Below, in pieces: positions 39,801 through 53,854 of a DNA stretch of 64,000 nt. Each line of letters opens with the position of its first letter. Position 1 is the first letter of the stretch. The stretch comes from Octopus sinensis (taxonomy: Eukaryota), in contig NC_043005.1 in assembly GCF_006345805.1 (NCBI RefSeq), positions 8,308,001-8,372,000 on the forward strand, in the 5' to 3' direction. Below the pieces are notes generated by a model that did not search any database, was not told the DNA's origin, and saw nothing but the letters and a program-made list of their open reading frames with translations. Made by a program: the position numbers and the translations under genes.

Positions 39801-40219
39801 GTGTTTCTTTATTATACAAAATGGGCTAAACATAGATGGGACAAACAAGGACAGACAAACGGATTAAGTCGATTACATCGACCCCAGTGCGTAAATGGTA
39901 CTTATTTAATCGACCCCGAAAGGATGAAAGGCAAAGTCGACCTCGGTGGAATTTGAACTCAGGACGTAACGGCAGCCGAAATACCTATTTCTTTACTACC
40001 TACAAGGAGCTAAACACAGAAGGGACAAACAAGGACAGACACACGGATTAAGTCGATTACATCGACCCCAGTGCGTAGCTGGTACTTAATTTATCGACAC
40101 CGAAAGGATGAAAGGCAAAGTCGACCTCGGCAGAATTTGAACTCAGAACGTAACGGCAGACGAAATACGGCTCCACATTTCGCCCGGCGTGCTAACGCTT
40201 CTGCCAGCTCGCCACCTTC
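39801..40219 (-). mobile_element. Dimeric SINE family C, inverted, with 16-bp TSD
   Basis: TSD GGATAATAATTAAAAT at 39785-39800 and 40220-40235. Confidence 0.92.
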
Positions 40220-40759
40220 GGATAATAATTAAAATATGTACTCACAGATATGAGTGTCTGTGTAGCTGCTCGCGTGCGTGTGCGTGCGTTTGTGTATGAT
40301 CGAGAAAGAGAGAGGGGAGAGAAAGACAGAAAAAGAAAGAGAGAGTGAGAGAAAGAGAGAAATAGAAAGAGAGGGAGAGAAAAAAAGAAAAAGAAACAGA
40401 GGGAGAGATAGAGGGAAAGAAAGAGAGGAAGAGAGAGAGAAAGAGATGGAAGTGTATATGTACCCGCACGAACTACGTCAGATCTGAGTTTTTTTAAATT
40501 TAAATGCTTTTGCGTTGCTTTTAGGTCAGAATTGAACTCACACACAGATATTCAAATGTCAAGTGTCCGTCAATTTCAACCAAAGTGGAACGCTCGCACG
40601 AACTATGTCAGATCGCTCTTGCACTATTGTTAACATGTAACTCAGTACAATTCGATGCATTGTCGGATCACCAGTGGGAAAAAATCAACATCCTTCACTC
40701 CTTTTGCTGAACTTGCTTTCTGAAGAGGGTGATTTTTAGCCCCCCCCCCCTCCTGCAGA

Positions 40760-41400
40760 TTAAGACTCAAGACGCGTCAAAGGGTGGAAGAAATTAGGTG
40801 AGTCAACGACCATCCAATATAATGTAGAGTAGATTGTGTTCATCAGACTTAGTGGAGACAATGCATCTAGAAGTACATAGCTATTGACCGTAGTAGGTGG
40901 AGAAGGATTGTGCACGAGGGGACAGATACTTTTGAGAAATATCGTGTTGCGCATGAGAAAGTAAGGAGGGATGTTAGGAAGGACATCACTGTTGCACTTC
41001 CAGATGGTAAGGGTCTTCCTATGATGCTGACCTGCAGTGTCTGTGCAAGACCCTGCCTCACTAAAGTTGAACTCAAGAGTCATCTACTTAATCATAAAGC
41101 AAGACAAATGATTGACAACCAGGCCACTGGTGGTGGTACTACACACCATACTTATCATATCTGTCAGGTATGTAGAAAGGGGTGTAATTCGGCTGGAGGA
41201 CTTAAACGATATGCAAAGGTACTTGAAGCCCAGTTACAACTACAGCCGGCTATCACTGGTAAAGGTTTTAGTTGCCAATTCTTTACAAGACATTGTAGAA
41301 CTTTAGCTGGAGTAAAAAGTCAGATTCGATCACAGCACCAATAACAATTAAGCCTCGTGCAATGGGCATACTCGATAACGAGGGGGCAGCCATCATCATA
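40760..41400 (+). mobile_element. 3' end of an RTE-clade LINE with three C2H2-like zinc fingers
   Basis: AIDRSRWRRIVHEG..FE..R, then CSVC..LKSHLLNH, CQVC..GGLKRY, CQFF..LAGVKSQIRSQH; tail ends CATCATCAT. Confidence 0.85.
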
Positions 41401-41463
41401 TATACATATACATTTATGTAGTATATTCTTAGCCAAGAATATACTAATATATGTATATGTATA

Positions 41464-41542
<79 letters not shown>

Positions 41543-41838
41543 ATATATATATACACATATATACATGCATACATATACGTAGTATATTCTTAGCTACATT
41601 AGTGGCAACAAAGATTCTTTCCATTTTTTGCCCTATTAGAGTATTTGAGTAAAAATATATTCATATGTCCCACTGCTTATAAATTCTATTTATTAATTTA
41701 TTTATGCAGCTGAGGATAGTCCTGCATTTAAATTGATATAATGATTGCATTGTTCAATTAAATGGAGTTGCTTGTAACGGTCGTACTGCATCACCACTTG
41801 ATATCCTGTTGGGTATTTTGATTTTATTCACCTTACTT

Positions 41839-41887
<49 letters not shown>

Positions 41888-43151
41888 TGTGTGTATGTGT
41901 GTCTGTGTATGAATAATTATAAGATACTATGATCAATGTGTAGGAAAGTTACCTTCAAGGAAACCGTAGAAGAAAAAAACTGTCAGGAACAATAGTGTTT
42001 ATTGAAGCAGAAGGTTGTGGATTGGCTGGCTTCAGGTAAAAACACCAAACCTAATGTGAAATTACTAGAAATACGATATTGACATAAATGCTACAAGTTG
42101 CCTTCTTTTAATATCCGACAAAAATATTCGCTATGAATAAAGATTTTCCTTTATTCTCGTATATTATTCTTTAAAAAATGAGAAATAACTTGCAGTCTGA
42201 ATTCCTTATTCCATATAGCTGGGACGATTTAGTAACATGCATTCTGGAGAAAATGTCGACAGTTAGGAGGATGAGCAGTGATTGATTGCATCGCTGGTAA
42301 TCTCCGATTCGTCTCAGCGAAATAACCTGAGAAAGGAATTCACAATTTTTATTTATAAAGAATATCGTTCGAGAATAACGGAATAACATTACTCATAGCG
42401 AAATTGTTTTTGTCAGGCAGTACCAGAAATAACTCCTGCTAGCGTTTATTTCTATATCGTATTTCTGCTAAACGCGTGTATTTGTACGTGGGTGTGCCTT
42501 TGCTTTTGAGTGACATATTGTTTTTGTTGTTGCAAATAACTAAACCAGACATATATTCGTAAGTTAACTGCCAATTGATCCTTTGGTTTTTCCATTTTCT
42601 CAATAAATCTTGTGTGTTTGGCATCAGAACAGACAAAAATGAAACAATCAATTGATCCAGCTTATCTTTACAGTTGTCTTCGAAATATTGATATCAAATA
42701 TAATCTTAATAAGAATTTTTCCAACCATTACAATAAACAACGCACACATATATACACACACACACATACACACATACACACGTGCACAAGCACAATGGCA
42801 TCCAACTAAATAAAACGATAAATATATATTGCTGTCGACAGATTGTTAATAACATAGAGAAGGAACCAATTGTATTCTCTTTTTTTTTTTGCTTTTTGGA
42901 CCTTTTTTTTATTAAATGTAGAAATTATTGAATCACAATATTTCGGCATTTATATCTTTCAGTGATAAACATCTTCATTTAACAACCTCATACATAAAGC
43001 ATTTAATGAAGGGAATCACGACGCGCAGTTACATATGCATACACCCGTTCGCAAACAAACCAACACACACTACCATATAAAACACACACTTACACACACT
43101 TACACACACGCACGCACACACTGATATAAATACACTCGCATGTACATATAA

Positions 43152-43201
<50 letters not shown>

Positions 43202-44218
43202 ATGTGTAATTATCTTTCTTTACTCTATTTATACACATACATATATGCACGTGTGTATACCTCTATGAATGTTTGTATGTATATATATATATATATATAT
43301 ATGTACATACAAACATACATATATACATGCAAGTAAACATCTATGAATGTTAATATACAGACATACATGTATATGTGTGTTTGTGTGTGTTTATGTTTTT
43401 ATACATACATACACTGATACTTATATGCAGACCTACAGACAGATTTATACAGGCATGTATGTGCATAACATTAATGTGTGTGATTTGTGTATGTGTGTGT
43501 GTGTTTAATTATGTATATACTTTACGTCATTCCGCTGCAGTGATGTCTGAATAAATTGATGTTTGTATGGAATCTGGAATTGAAATCAATGCTTAAATCA
43601 TGATGGCAGTGATAATTGGAAAATCGAAAAGATCTGTCCGGACATTTTATTTTTCCACTTACATTTTGAAATGATCTATTGGAATATATGCAGTTTTGTT
43701 GGAGAGGTAGGTTTTTGTATAAATATTAATGGAATATCTTCATATCTAGCTACAGACAAATCGAATTAAAATGAAATCTCGAATGAAGTAATGCTTAAGT
43801 TCGCATACATTCAGTTATGAGAAGTCGCAATGTCTGATCTGAACATTATCTAATCTTTGCTGCTTTTCATCCTATGGTAATGCACATTTTAACATTGATA
43901 TTAGCAGCCATTGGTCGGAAAGTATCTCAATTGAGAAAAAATGACGGGATACGGAAATTTCACTCTATCCAAACAAGGTACCATGTCACTTTAGTAGATA
44001 TGAGGAACCAATCATAAAGATGATAATTTGTAGTACTTGCAGTTTTCATAACCTTCAGGTCTGCATCTTAGTATCGACCCATTCTTCAAGTTAAATTTGA
44101 TGTTCTTTATACTGTTTCATTTTCCTATCTTTTCTCCTTCTCTCTCTCCTTTCTCTCTTTCTCTCTGTTTCTTTTTTCAGCAACTCTTGATTTCTGTCTG
44201 CATCCATGTATATGTAAG

Positions 44219-44290
<72 letters not shown>

Positions 44291-44312
<22 letters not shown>

Positions 44313-44443
44313 GGGAAGCTTTATGACAATAGACAAAAGACGCAGGCAGGTGGAGTACAAACAAACAATTGTATTAGTGTGGCGCTCAGGAATATAAATA
44401 AAACAAGTCTTTTACGTTTCGAGCCTACGCTCTTCAACAGAAA

Positions 44444-44444
<1 letters not shown>
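44291..44444 (-). mobile_element. HHR mini-element family D, truncated at HHR stem I
   Basis: Minus strand TTTT CTGTTGA A GAGC GTAG GCTC GAAA CG TA AAAG (44409-44444); (TA)n on both sides. Confidence 0.85.
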
Positions 44445-44538
<94 letters not shown>

Positions 44539-44592
44539 ATAAATATATATAGATATGTATATATGTTATATATATATATGTATGTATGTATG

Positions 44593-44635
<43 letters not shown>

Positions 44636-44679
44636 TGTATATACATATAAATATATATATATATATTATATATATATAT

Positions 44680-44888
44680 TTCTTTTACTACCCACAAGGG
44701 GCTAAACACAGAGGGGACAAACAAGGACAGACAAAGGGATTACGTCGATTACATCGACTCCAGTGCGTAACTGGTACTTAATTTATCGACCCCGAAAGGA
44801 TGAAAGGCAAAGTCGACCTCGGCAGAATTTGAACTCGGAACGTAACGACAGACGAAATACGGCTACGCATTTCGCCCGGCGTGCTAAG
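44680..44888 (-). mobile_element. SINE family C, slightly 5'-truncated, in (TA)n
   Basis: Homologous to 37386-37617. Confidence 0.88.
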
Positions 44889-45235
44889 TATTATATATAT
44901 ATATGTGTGTCAATATGCATGTATTTTTTTGTGTGCATGTATGTTTGTATGAGTGTGTGTGTCACACTACATGAGACAATGGTCTCTTTTTAGCAAACGG
45001 TCATATCAGTACAACAACTAAACCGTTAATGTCACCCGTCACCTTTGGAAATCATCGTTTTCCAAATAATAGATTTTTTCTATATAAGCAACTTTCTAAA
45101 CCACAGAATTTCAGATTGAAACGGCTATCGAAATGCTCGAAACTCATTAGAGTAACTGTAAACATTATCATTAAAATAAAAATTATCCCCCTCAAAAGCC
45201 ACCTCTACTAATTTTAAAAATATATTATACAGTAT

Positions 45236-45650
45236 AGGCGCAGGAGTGGCTGTGTGGTAAGTAGCTTGTTTACCAACCACATGGTTCCTGGTTCAGTCCC
45301 ACTGCGTGGCACCTTGGGCAAGTGTCTTCTGCTATAGCCTCGGGCCGACCAAAGCCTTGTGAGTGGATTTGGTAGACGGAAACTGAAAGAAGCCCGTCGT
45401 ATATATGTATATATATATATGCGTGTGTGTGTTTGTGTGTCTGTGATTGTCTCCCTAGCATTGCTTGACAACCGATGCTGGTGTGTTTATGTCCCCGTTT
45501 CTTAGCGGTTCGGCAAAAGAGACCGATAGAATAAGTACTGGGCTTACAAAAGAATAAGTCCCGGGGTCGAGTTGCTCGATATAAGGCGGTGCTCCAGCAT
45601 GGCCGCAGTCAAATGACTGAAACAAGTAAAAGAGTAAAGAGTAAAGAGTA
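45236..45650 (+). mobile_element. Full-length SINE family B
   Basis: Same modules as 7525; tail (GAGTAAA)n. Confidence 0.9.
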
Positions 45651-46339
45651 TCAAGAACTGTTTTTTCTAACCACTCTTGCCCTAACCGCATTTTATTTAA
45701 CTTTTGTATGTATTCCAGAGTGTAGAATACAAATTCGCAAAAATATTTTGAAAATTCGAAAAAATAAAAAAAATGTTGTGAGGGGGTATGTGTCGTGCGT
45801 AAAGCAGGAGATGATTTATTTGCAGTTTCGTACTAAAACACGTGCTATTTTCAGAATGTTGAAAACTCGCGATGTCACGCGCAAAATGACAGCTTCCAAA
45901 TCCTGTTTTCTGACTAGGAGAAAATTATAAAAATTTAGCCGTCTATAACCTTTTTTGAAATTTTTTTCTGAGAAATGTGAAATATTTCCTGAGATTCAGC
46001 TTAAAAAACTACATTAATACACCAAATTTTTAAATTTTCAAGAAAATTTGAAGTTTCCAAGGCTACAGGCAAACAGAAAAGATCCCGGCCCCGTTCAACT
46101 CATTTCTTCACCAAAAACAGTACATAAAAGAAACCTAAACAGACTCAAAGGCGATGCTCCAGCAAGGCCTTAGCCCTTGGCTGAAAGCAGTACATGATGA
46201 AAGAAGTTATGAATCTCTTTTTACTACGTTTATAGCTCGAATCCACATGCACAATCCATTAAATGAATAATATTCGCACGACATTCGTGTATTGAGTTCT
46301 AGTTCCTGTATTTACGACAGTACAACAGAACGCACGACT

Positions 46340-46374
<35 letters not shown>

Positions 46375-47407
46375 GATATGTATGTATGTATGTATGTGTG
46401 TATATATATGTATGTATATATGCGTGTCTGTTTGTGTATTCAATACTAAATATAAAACTTATAATATGCAAATGTGTAAGTACACATATACATTAATATA
46501 TTTATATATATATTCTTTTCTACTCTGAGCTCAAGGCCCATATATACATTATATATATAATGTAGGTGCGTATGTTTATATTCAATTCTATGCATAATAT
46601 ACAATATGTACATAAGTATATATGCATATATAGATATAATATATATATATATATATATATTATATATAATATATATTATATATAATTTATTTTATATATA
46701 TGCATATATACCTATTTACTTATGTATATTTTATGCATAGAATGATATAATACTCGTACCTACATATTATATATATATTAATATATATATATATATATAA
46801 TATATATATATATATATAGATATATATGCATATACTTATTTACATATTGATATTTTTATATAGAATTGAATATAAACATACGCATACATATTATATTATA
46901 TATTATATATATTATGCATATATATTATTTACATATTGTATTTTTATGCATAGAATTGAATATAAACATACGCACCTACATATATATATATATATATATA
47001 CACGCCTACATATATATATATATACGTATATGCATATGAGTGTTTGTTTGTATGTGTGTGTGTGATTGTGTGCGTGCGTACCCGTGTGTGTGCATATAAG
47101 TATGGTGTACTGAATTAGCCAATATTTCTCCATAGCACTGATGTCGTCCTGCACTGCTATTTCTGAATCTGTCTCCTTTCCTCTCTCATTGTGAATAAGC
47201 GTACATAAAACGTATGTCTGGGTTATTTGAGTGTGTTTCTGATTAAAAATTCACGTCACTCTTTCTTATGCAAATGAGTATATGTCGACATTTGAAATAT
47301 ACTTTTAAAACAATGTCACTGCTATTCTTCTTCTCCGTCTCTATCAATCTTTTCATGTATTCCAACGGCTTCTGCATAATTTTATGCGGTTTAATGCAAG
47401 TCTGCAA

Positions 47408-47447
<40 letters not shown>

Positions 47448-48895
47448 CTGTGTGTTGTTTGAGTGCATATATGTGATTCCTTGTCTGCATATTCCAGTGA
47501 GATTGCCTATTATAAGATTCAGTGTGATTGAAGCAATGCACTTTACTTACTTACTAAATAAATTTATGCCTGTCTGTGTGTGTGCGTGTCTGTGTGTCTG
47601 TGTGTCTGTGTGTGCGCACGCGCTATTATTTGGCTATCTGATTATATGTCTAAAATATACGTGTGAGGGAGACATGCTATTTGTGAATTAGTGGTGGGTA
47701 GTGTTTTACATGTATCTCTTCACTGAGAAGTGAAGACACACACACACGCACACACACACATTTATACTTCATAATTCAAATTTTAGAGTACGTGTATTAT
47801 CCATATTTTCTTGTTATAAATGTTTCCACACACACATATCTATATTTATACTTCATAATTCAAATTTTAGGGTACGTGTATTTATCTACATTTTCTTATG
47901 TTATATATGTTTCCACACACACACATACACAGACATATACTCACACACACACACGTTTATATTTGATTGACTTATTAATTCCGCATATGACATAGGTATT
48001 GCATGCCTAAGTCTACGCGTGTATGTAACACTCAGATATTGCGTGTCTTCTCCGGAGTTTATTTTCTAATATCGTATAAACTTATGCGCCAATGATTCTA
48101 TACTTTCTTCAGAGTAACGCCCGTTCGTCACATTCACACTTGTTTTCTAACATTCAATATTTAACTTTAGTCACCCATTAAGACGTTTGAAAATTCCCGA
48201 CATAGATTTCGCCCTTTATTTTAGGTTTGAAACACAACAGAACTAAATGCCAGACCTGACGCCACATAATGCGGTCACGCTATGCCTCACATTCCTTTCA
48301 CATTCCTGTCATTCCCCTTCGTGGCTGCAGTCACATTTTTTTCTTATCCTATCTTCTCGTTTCATCCTTCGTTCATTTCCCTTTACATTCTATTCTCTAA
48401 GTATTTTACCGCCATCTTTGAAGCAATATTCTCGCGTCACAGTCAATGTTTAACCTATATTGTTATTCAAATATTACGCCATATTAAGACACACGTACAC
48501 AATCATAGATATATATTACGTACGTACATGGACCTGGAGTAATATATTTTCAAAGAACAAAATCATGCATTAAATGTTAACAATAACATTAGATCTAAAT
48601 TATACACATATATATTCATATGTACACGCATAATTGGAAGACAGAAATTATATAGTATATCGTCTCATGCGCATGTATATAGATCTAGGTGTGTGTGTGT
48701 ATGCGTCTTTGTGTGCGTTGAATGATGCATATATAATAAATATACATTTTTTGTCTCTCTCTCTCTCTCCCTCTCTATCTATCTATCTATCTATATATCA
48801 TCTATCTATCTATCTATCTATCTACTATTTTTCTAGCTAGCTATTTCTTCCCCTCTCTCTCTCTTTATATATATATATATATATATATATTCTAT

Positions 48896-48963
<68 letters not shown>

Positions 48964-48973
48964 ACAAATATAG

Positions 48974-49125
48974 AGGCTCAGGCGTGGCGGTTTGGTAAAT
49001 GTTTGCTATCCAACCATATGATTCCGGGTTTAGATCCACTGCGTCGCACCTTTACTACAGCCTCGGGTCGATCAAAGCCTGGTGAGTGAATTTGGTAGAC
49101 GAAAACTGAAAGAAACCCACCGTAT
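48974..49125 (+). mobile_element. 5' module of SINE family B with an internal deletion
   Basis: Homology to 45236-45400. Confidence 0.75.
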
Positions 49126-49138
49126 ACCTATATATGTG

Positions 49139-49186
<48 letters not shown>

Positions 49187-49610
49187 TGTGTGTGTGTGCG
49201 TGTGTGTATCAAGTTCTCAAGATTTTCCAAGCAATAATGTGAGCGGTTTGTAGACTATAGAAACTCGAGAGATTAATCGTTAACCGTCTAGTTTACTATT
49301 AACAAACGACAGTTTTCAGTTGAGTTTATATAGTTACTTAATTGCAGCCGGCTAAAGAGTACGATTAAATAATTACTACATTTAAAAAAAAAGAAACAGT
49401 TTCTTCAACTAAAATCATTTTAAGCGGTGCTCCAGAATGGCCACACTCAAATCATTGAAACAAGTAAAAAAATAAAAGAATATATATTTAGGCCCAGGAA
49501 TGGCTGTGTGGTAAGTAGCTTGCTTACAAACCACATGGTTCCGGCACTGTGCAGAATTTCTTAGATGCCTCAAGGGATGGTTTTGTACGTATGCGTTCTA
49601 CATGTTGGTA

Positions 49611-49649
<39 letters not shown>

Positions 49650-49793
49650 TGCACACACATACACACACATGCACGTAAGCACACACACACACATGCATAC
49701 TACATACATAAATACCACATACATAACATACATACATACATACAACATACTACATACATACATACATACATACATAATACATACATACATATA

Positions 49794-49874
<81 letters not shown>

Positions 49875-49877
<3 letters not shown>

Positions 49878-50075
49878 AAGCTTATGAAAATACACAAAAG
49901 ACGAAGGCAGGTGGAGTGCAAACAAACAATTGTATTAGTATGGCGCTCAGGAATATAAATAAAACAAGTCTTTTACGTTTCGAGCCTACGCTCTTCATCA
50001 GAAAGATACACAGAAAAGAAACACGGAGAAAAACAAGGAGAGAAAAAAAATACGTGCAGAAGCTAGCGATTCAAC
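49875..50075 (-). mobile_element. HHR mini-element family D, best-preserved copy
   Basis: Flanked by (TA)n; contains the canonical HHR at 49970-50005. Confidence 0.9.
49970..50005 (-). ncRNA. Minimal type I hammerhead ribozyme
   Basis: CTTT CTGATGA A GAGC GTAG GCTC GAAA CG TA AAAG: complete core, stem I CTTT/AAAG, stem II GAGC/GCTC, self-complementary minimal stem III, GUA cleavage triplet. Confidence 0.85.
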
Positions 50076-50769
50076 ATATATATATATACGCCATCACATA
50101 GCGTTACAAGACCATGGGCTGGCAATGATTCAAGAGAAGCTTTACACAGCTTATGCATTCTTTCAGGTGCAACAATAAGGAAAAACGTCACTTCTTTGCC
50201 CCGTTTTATCTGGAAATTCCACGAACACAGGAAAGTCTTTTCCAACATTGCATCGTATCCATCAACAGGATGAATGAACTTATTGTTTCCACCAGTCGCA
50301 TGCCTTGTTAATGAATTTCAAACCACTGACACGCGACAATCAACCTTGGCCTACCTGCTCCATACTCAGATGTACGGCACTTAAACCGACCGTATAGTCG
50401 AAAAACCTCACACATGCTTACAGTGCAACGTAGAACCATCAGATTTTCAATCCAACACCATCACATCTGGTTACTCAAACGAATAGGATGGCGTCACTGT
50501 AGGTAGCAAATAAAACGAACTGAAGAGGCTAACTAAATAAACATAATTCCATACAAAGCGATGAGTGCCTATGAACAAAGAACTGATGTCGCTTAGAAAC
50601 CAATAAACACTACGTGATCTGAGCTGAGAAGTAGAGGTCTAACATCTAGAAGCCATCTTGAAATTGTCTCATTTCTTGTTACTTGATCATCAAATGCCTG
50701 ATGGGCTACGTTCGTGAAGTTGCATGGAACCAAAGGCTAAGTTCATGAAGTTGCATGGAACCAAGTCAA

Positions 50770-50905
50770 ATTATTATTATGTAATTCTTTCTACTACAGG
50801 CACAAACCTGAAAGCTTTGGGGAGACTGTTCGTAGATTACTGGTGTTTGTTTTATCAACCTCATAGGACGAAAGGCAAAGTCGACCTCAGCAGAATTTGA
50901 AATGA
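50770..50905 (-). mobile_element. Decayed SINE family C with the alternative tail
   Basis: GAAAGGCAAAGTCGACCTCAGCAGAATTTGAA plus a tail homologous to 35912-35960. Confidence 0.7.
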
Positions 50906-51451
50906 CTTTCATCTGGCCTGCACAATGCATACTGTTTTCTATGACTGCCAAATGTCTCCATGAGATGCGAGAATCGTTAATGTAGCTGTAATGGGTATGA
51001 AATATACACAGTAGTGATTATAATTTCTCATGTGATATCATAAGGATACGACGTAATAGTCACACTTATACTGTAGTGAAGAAATGTTATGGTGATACGA
51101 TTATATCTAAACTAACAAAAACTACGAGTGAAAAATTCTTCTAATTAAGTAACTATATAATCTTAATTGATAACTGTCATTTGATAATGGTAAACTAGAC
51201 GGCTAAAGATTAATCTCTGTAGTTTCTATAGTCTAGGAACCGTTCACATTATTGCTTGCAGAATCTTGATAACTTGACAAATTATATAGCATTAAACGAT
51301 TCATCTTGTTCAGTATCACTGAAATACTATGTTATTTGTTTATATCATTGTTCTCTCTTAAATCAAAGAACGTTCTTGACAATAAGGATGAGGGAGTCTA
51401 CATGGAGGTTGTAGTGCTGCAAAACTGAAGGAGTTGTTAAGTTTAATGGTA

Positions 51452-51853
51452 TACTCTCTTTCTCTTTTACTTGTTTCAGTCATTTGACTGCGACCATGCT
51501 GGAGCACCGCCTTTAATCGAGCAACTCGACCCCGGGACTTATTCTTTTGTAAGCCCAGTACTTATTCTATCGGTCTCCTTTGCCGAACCGCTAAGTAACG
51601 GGGACATAATCACACCAGCATCGGTTGTCTAGCAATGCTAGGGGGACAAACACAGACTCACAAACACACACACGCATATATATACATATATACGACGGGC
51701 TTCTTTCAGTTTCCGTCTACCAAATCCACTCACAAGGCTTTGGTCGGCCCGAGGCTATAGTAGAAGACACTTGCCCAAGGTGCCACGCAGTGGGACTGAA
51801 CCCGGAACCATGTGGTTGGTAAACAAGCTACTTACCACACAGACACTCGTGCG
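51452..51853 (-). mobile_element. Full-length SINE family B
   Basis: Reverse-complement homolog of 45236-45650. Confidence 0.9.
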
Positions 51854-52804
51854 TAAAATTTGTATGAGTTGGTGTAATGTAGTAACAAATGTGAATAGGT
51901 AGGGTTCCTTAGAGCCTCCTGTTGTAATCTGTCTCAAATAAGAACAGCTAAAATGAAATAATATATATCTTTACAAAATGCCGACTGATATCTAGATGTC
52001 ATTAAGATTAACTTCAGGGGTTTTCAGATATCTTAGGCACGTTGTCGTAAAATCGAAATGGTGCTACCTTGCATTAAATTGTTGTAACTTACGTCTGCAA
52101 AACTGAAGAGTTTTATGTTTATACACTCAGTTTGCTATTTAGCCTGGAAGCTAAATAGTAAAGTAATTTTGGCACGATTCTATGATATCTCTTTTTTCAA
52201 CGAAAACTGGCAGCTATCCAATGTCTGGAGAATAAGTAAACTGGACATTTCCACTCAAAGTAAAGACAGTGTGAAAGAACCTTTCGATATATCGAAAAAA
52301 TAAAATCGATGCGTTAAATATAAAGCAACGTAAGTGTATATAAACGTATATATTTTATGTATTTCTTTTATCTATCACATACTATCCAGAGTATCTATCA
52401 CATACTATCCAGGGTAAGATAAAGGTATGTCTATTTCTTGCATTATCTTATGTGTCATATATGACATACTGAAATTAAAGGAGAAATGATATAGCATAGA
52501 AACATTAATGATGCCATTCCAGTAATTAACTGCTTATGAGTAAAATAATTATATTACATTATTTACTTTCGAAATGTATCAGAAATGTGTATGACCATAT
52601 TAATACACGCTGTTACCACCCCACTTGACAAAGACGGAAGAGATTATTCGATCTTTCTACCACCACCACCACCACCACCACCACATATGTATGTGTATAT
52701 TTCTAAGTGTGTATATACATGCATACATAATACATACTTACAGACATACATATGTAAGTATGTATATGTGTATGTATGTACATATATATATATATATGTG
52801 TGTA

Positions 52805-52891
<87 letters not shown>

Positions 52892-53529
52892 ATATATATA
52901 TATATATATATATACGTAGGTCCAGGGTTGATTCGGGGTTAACCACAGTAAATAAGGTACTCAATACATAGCAGAGTAAAATTAATTTATTATATAGAAG
53001 GAGCTTCTACAGGACTAGAACTGTTTCATTCAAGAGAAATCTTCAGGAAGCTAGTTAACAAGAATTGTATTGGCATTTATACATTAGGCAGGTTTAAAGG
53101 GGTGGTGGTGGGGGACTTTTTGTGGTAGGCATAGCCCAAAAATATTATACTTGGGGGAGTGGTCAAGGAGTCAGAGTGGTAATTAGATAAAAGAATAAAT
53201 AAAAGAAAAAAAAATATATAGAAGAATAGAGTTTTAGGTAAATAAGGAGATTCTCACTTATACCTATACACATATGTATACATATATACACACACACACA
53301 CACATATACATACACATGCATACACACACCATATATATACATTACACACATATATACATACATATATCTACATATAAATTATATATATATATATATATAT
53401 ACAATTTATTTTGCATATATAGGAATACGCATATATATGATATCTATATTTAATATGTGTATAATATATATATATATATATTATTTGTTGAATTTTCTGC
53501 TGCTTTAAATAAAGTATAATATATATATA

Positions 53530-53570
<41 letters not shown>

Positions 53571-53571
<1 letters not shown>

Positions 53572-53735
53572 GGAGAGTTTACGAAAAAATAAATGACGAA
53601 GACAGATGGTGTTCAAAAACAAACAGATGTATTAGTATAACGCTCAGAAATAGAAAAAGTCTTTTACGTTTCGAGCCTACGCTCTTCTACAGAAAGAGAC
53701 AGAAAAAACAAGGAGAGAAAGAAGGATATGTACAA
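53571..53735 (-). mobile_element. HHR mini-element family D (core CTGTAGA)
   Basis: HHR at 53661-53696; begins exactly after (TA)n. Confidence 0.85.
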
Positions 53736-53854
53736 TATATAGTTATGTTATTTCCGTGATAAAGCTCGTTCACCTTCAGGATTATCCAGTCTTATCGGTA
53801 GTATTATTATATACTTCGAAGTTTAAGTTTGGCCATTCGTTTTCTGTGAAGGTA

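Noticed and set aside
39368-40219. Regular repeats with a conserved core that might suggest a CRISPR-like array
   Set aside because: They are eukaryotic SINE units with Pol III boxes and TSDs; there are no unique spacers or cas genes
43663-43749. Minus-strand segment with strong acceptor and donor sites
   Set aside because: Stop codons in all three frames
46560-47960. Small local duplications (~55-bp motif four times with one inverted; ~88-bp tandem; also 36-bp at 28477 and 31-bp at 50705)
   Set aside because: Consistent with ordinary slippage in microsatellite-rich DNA
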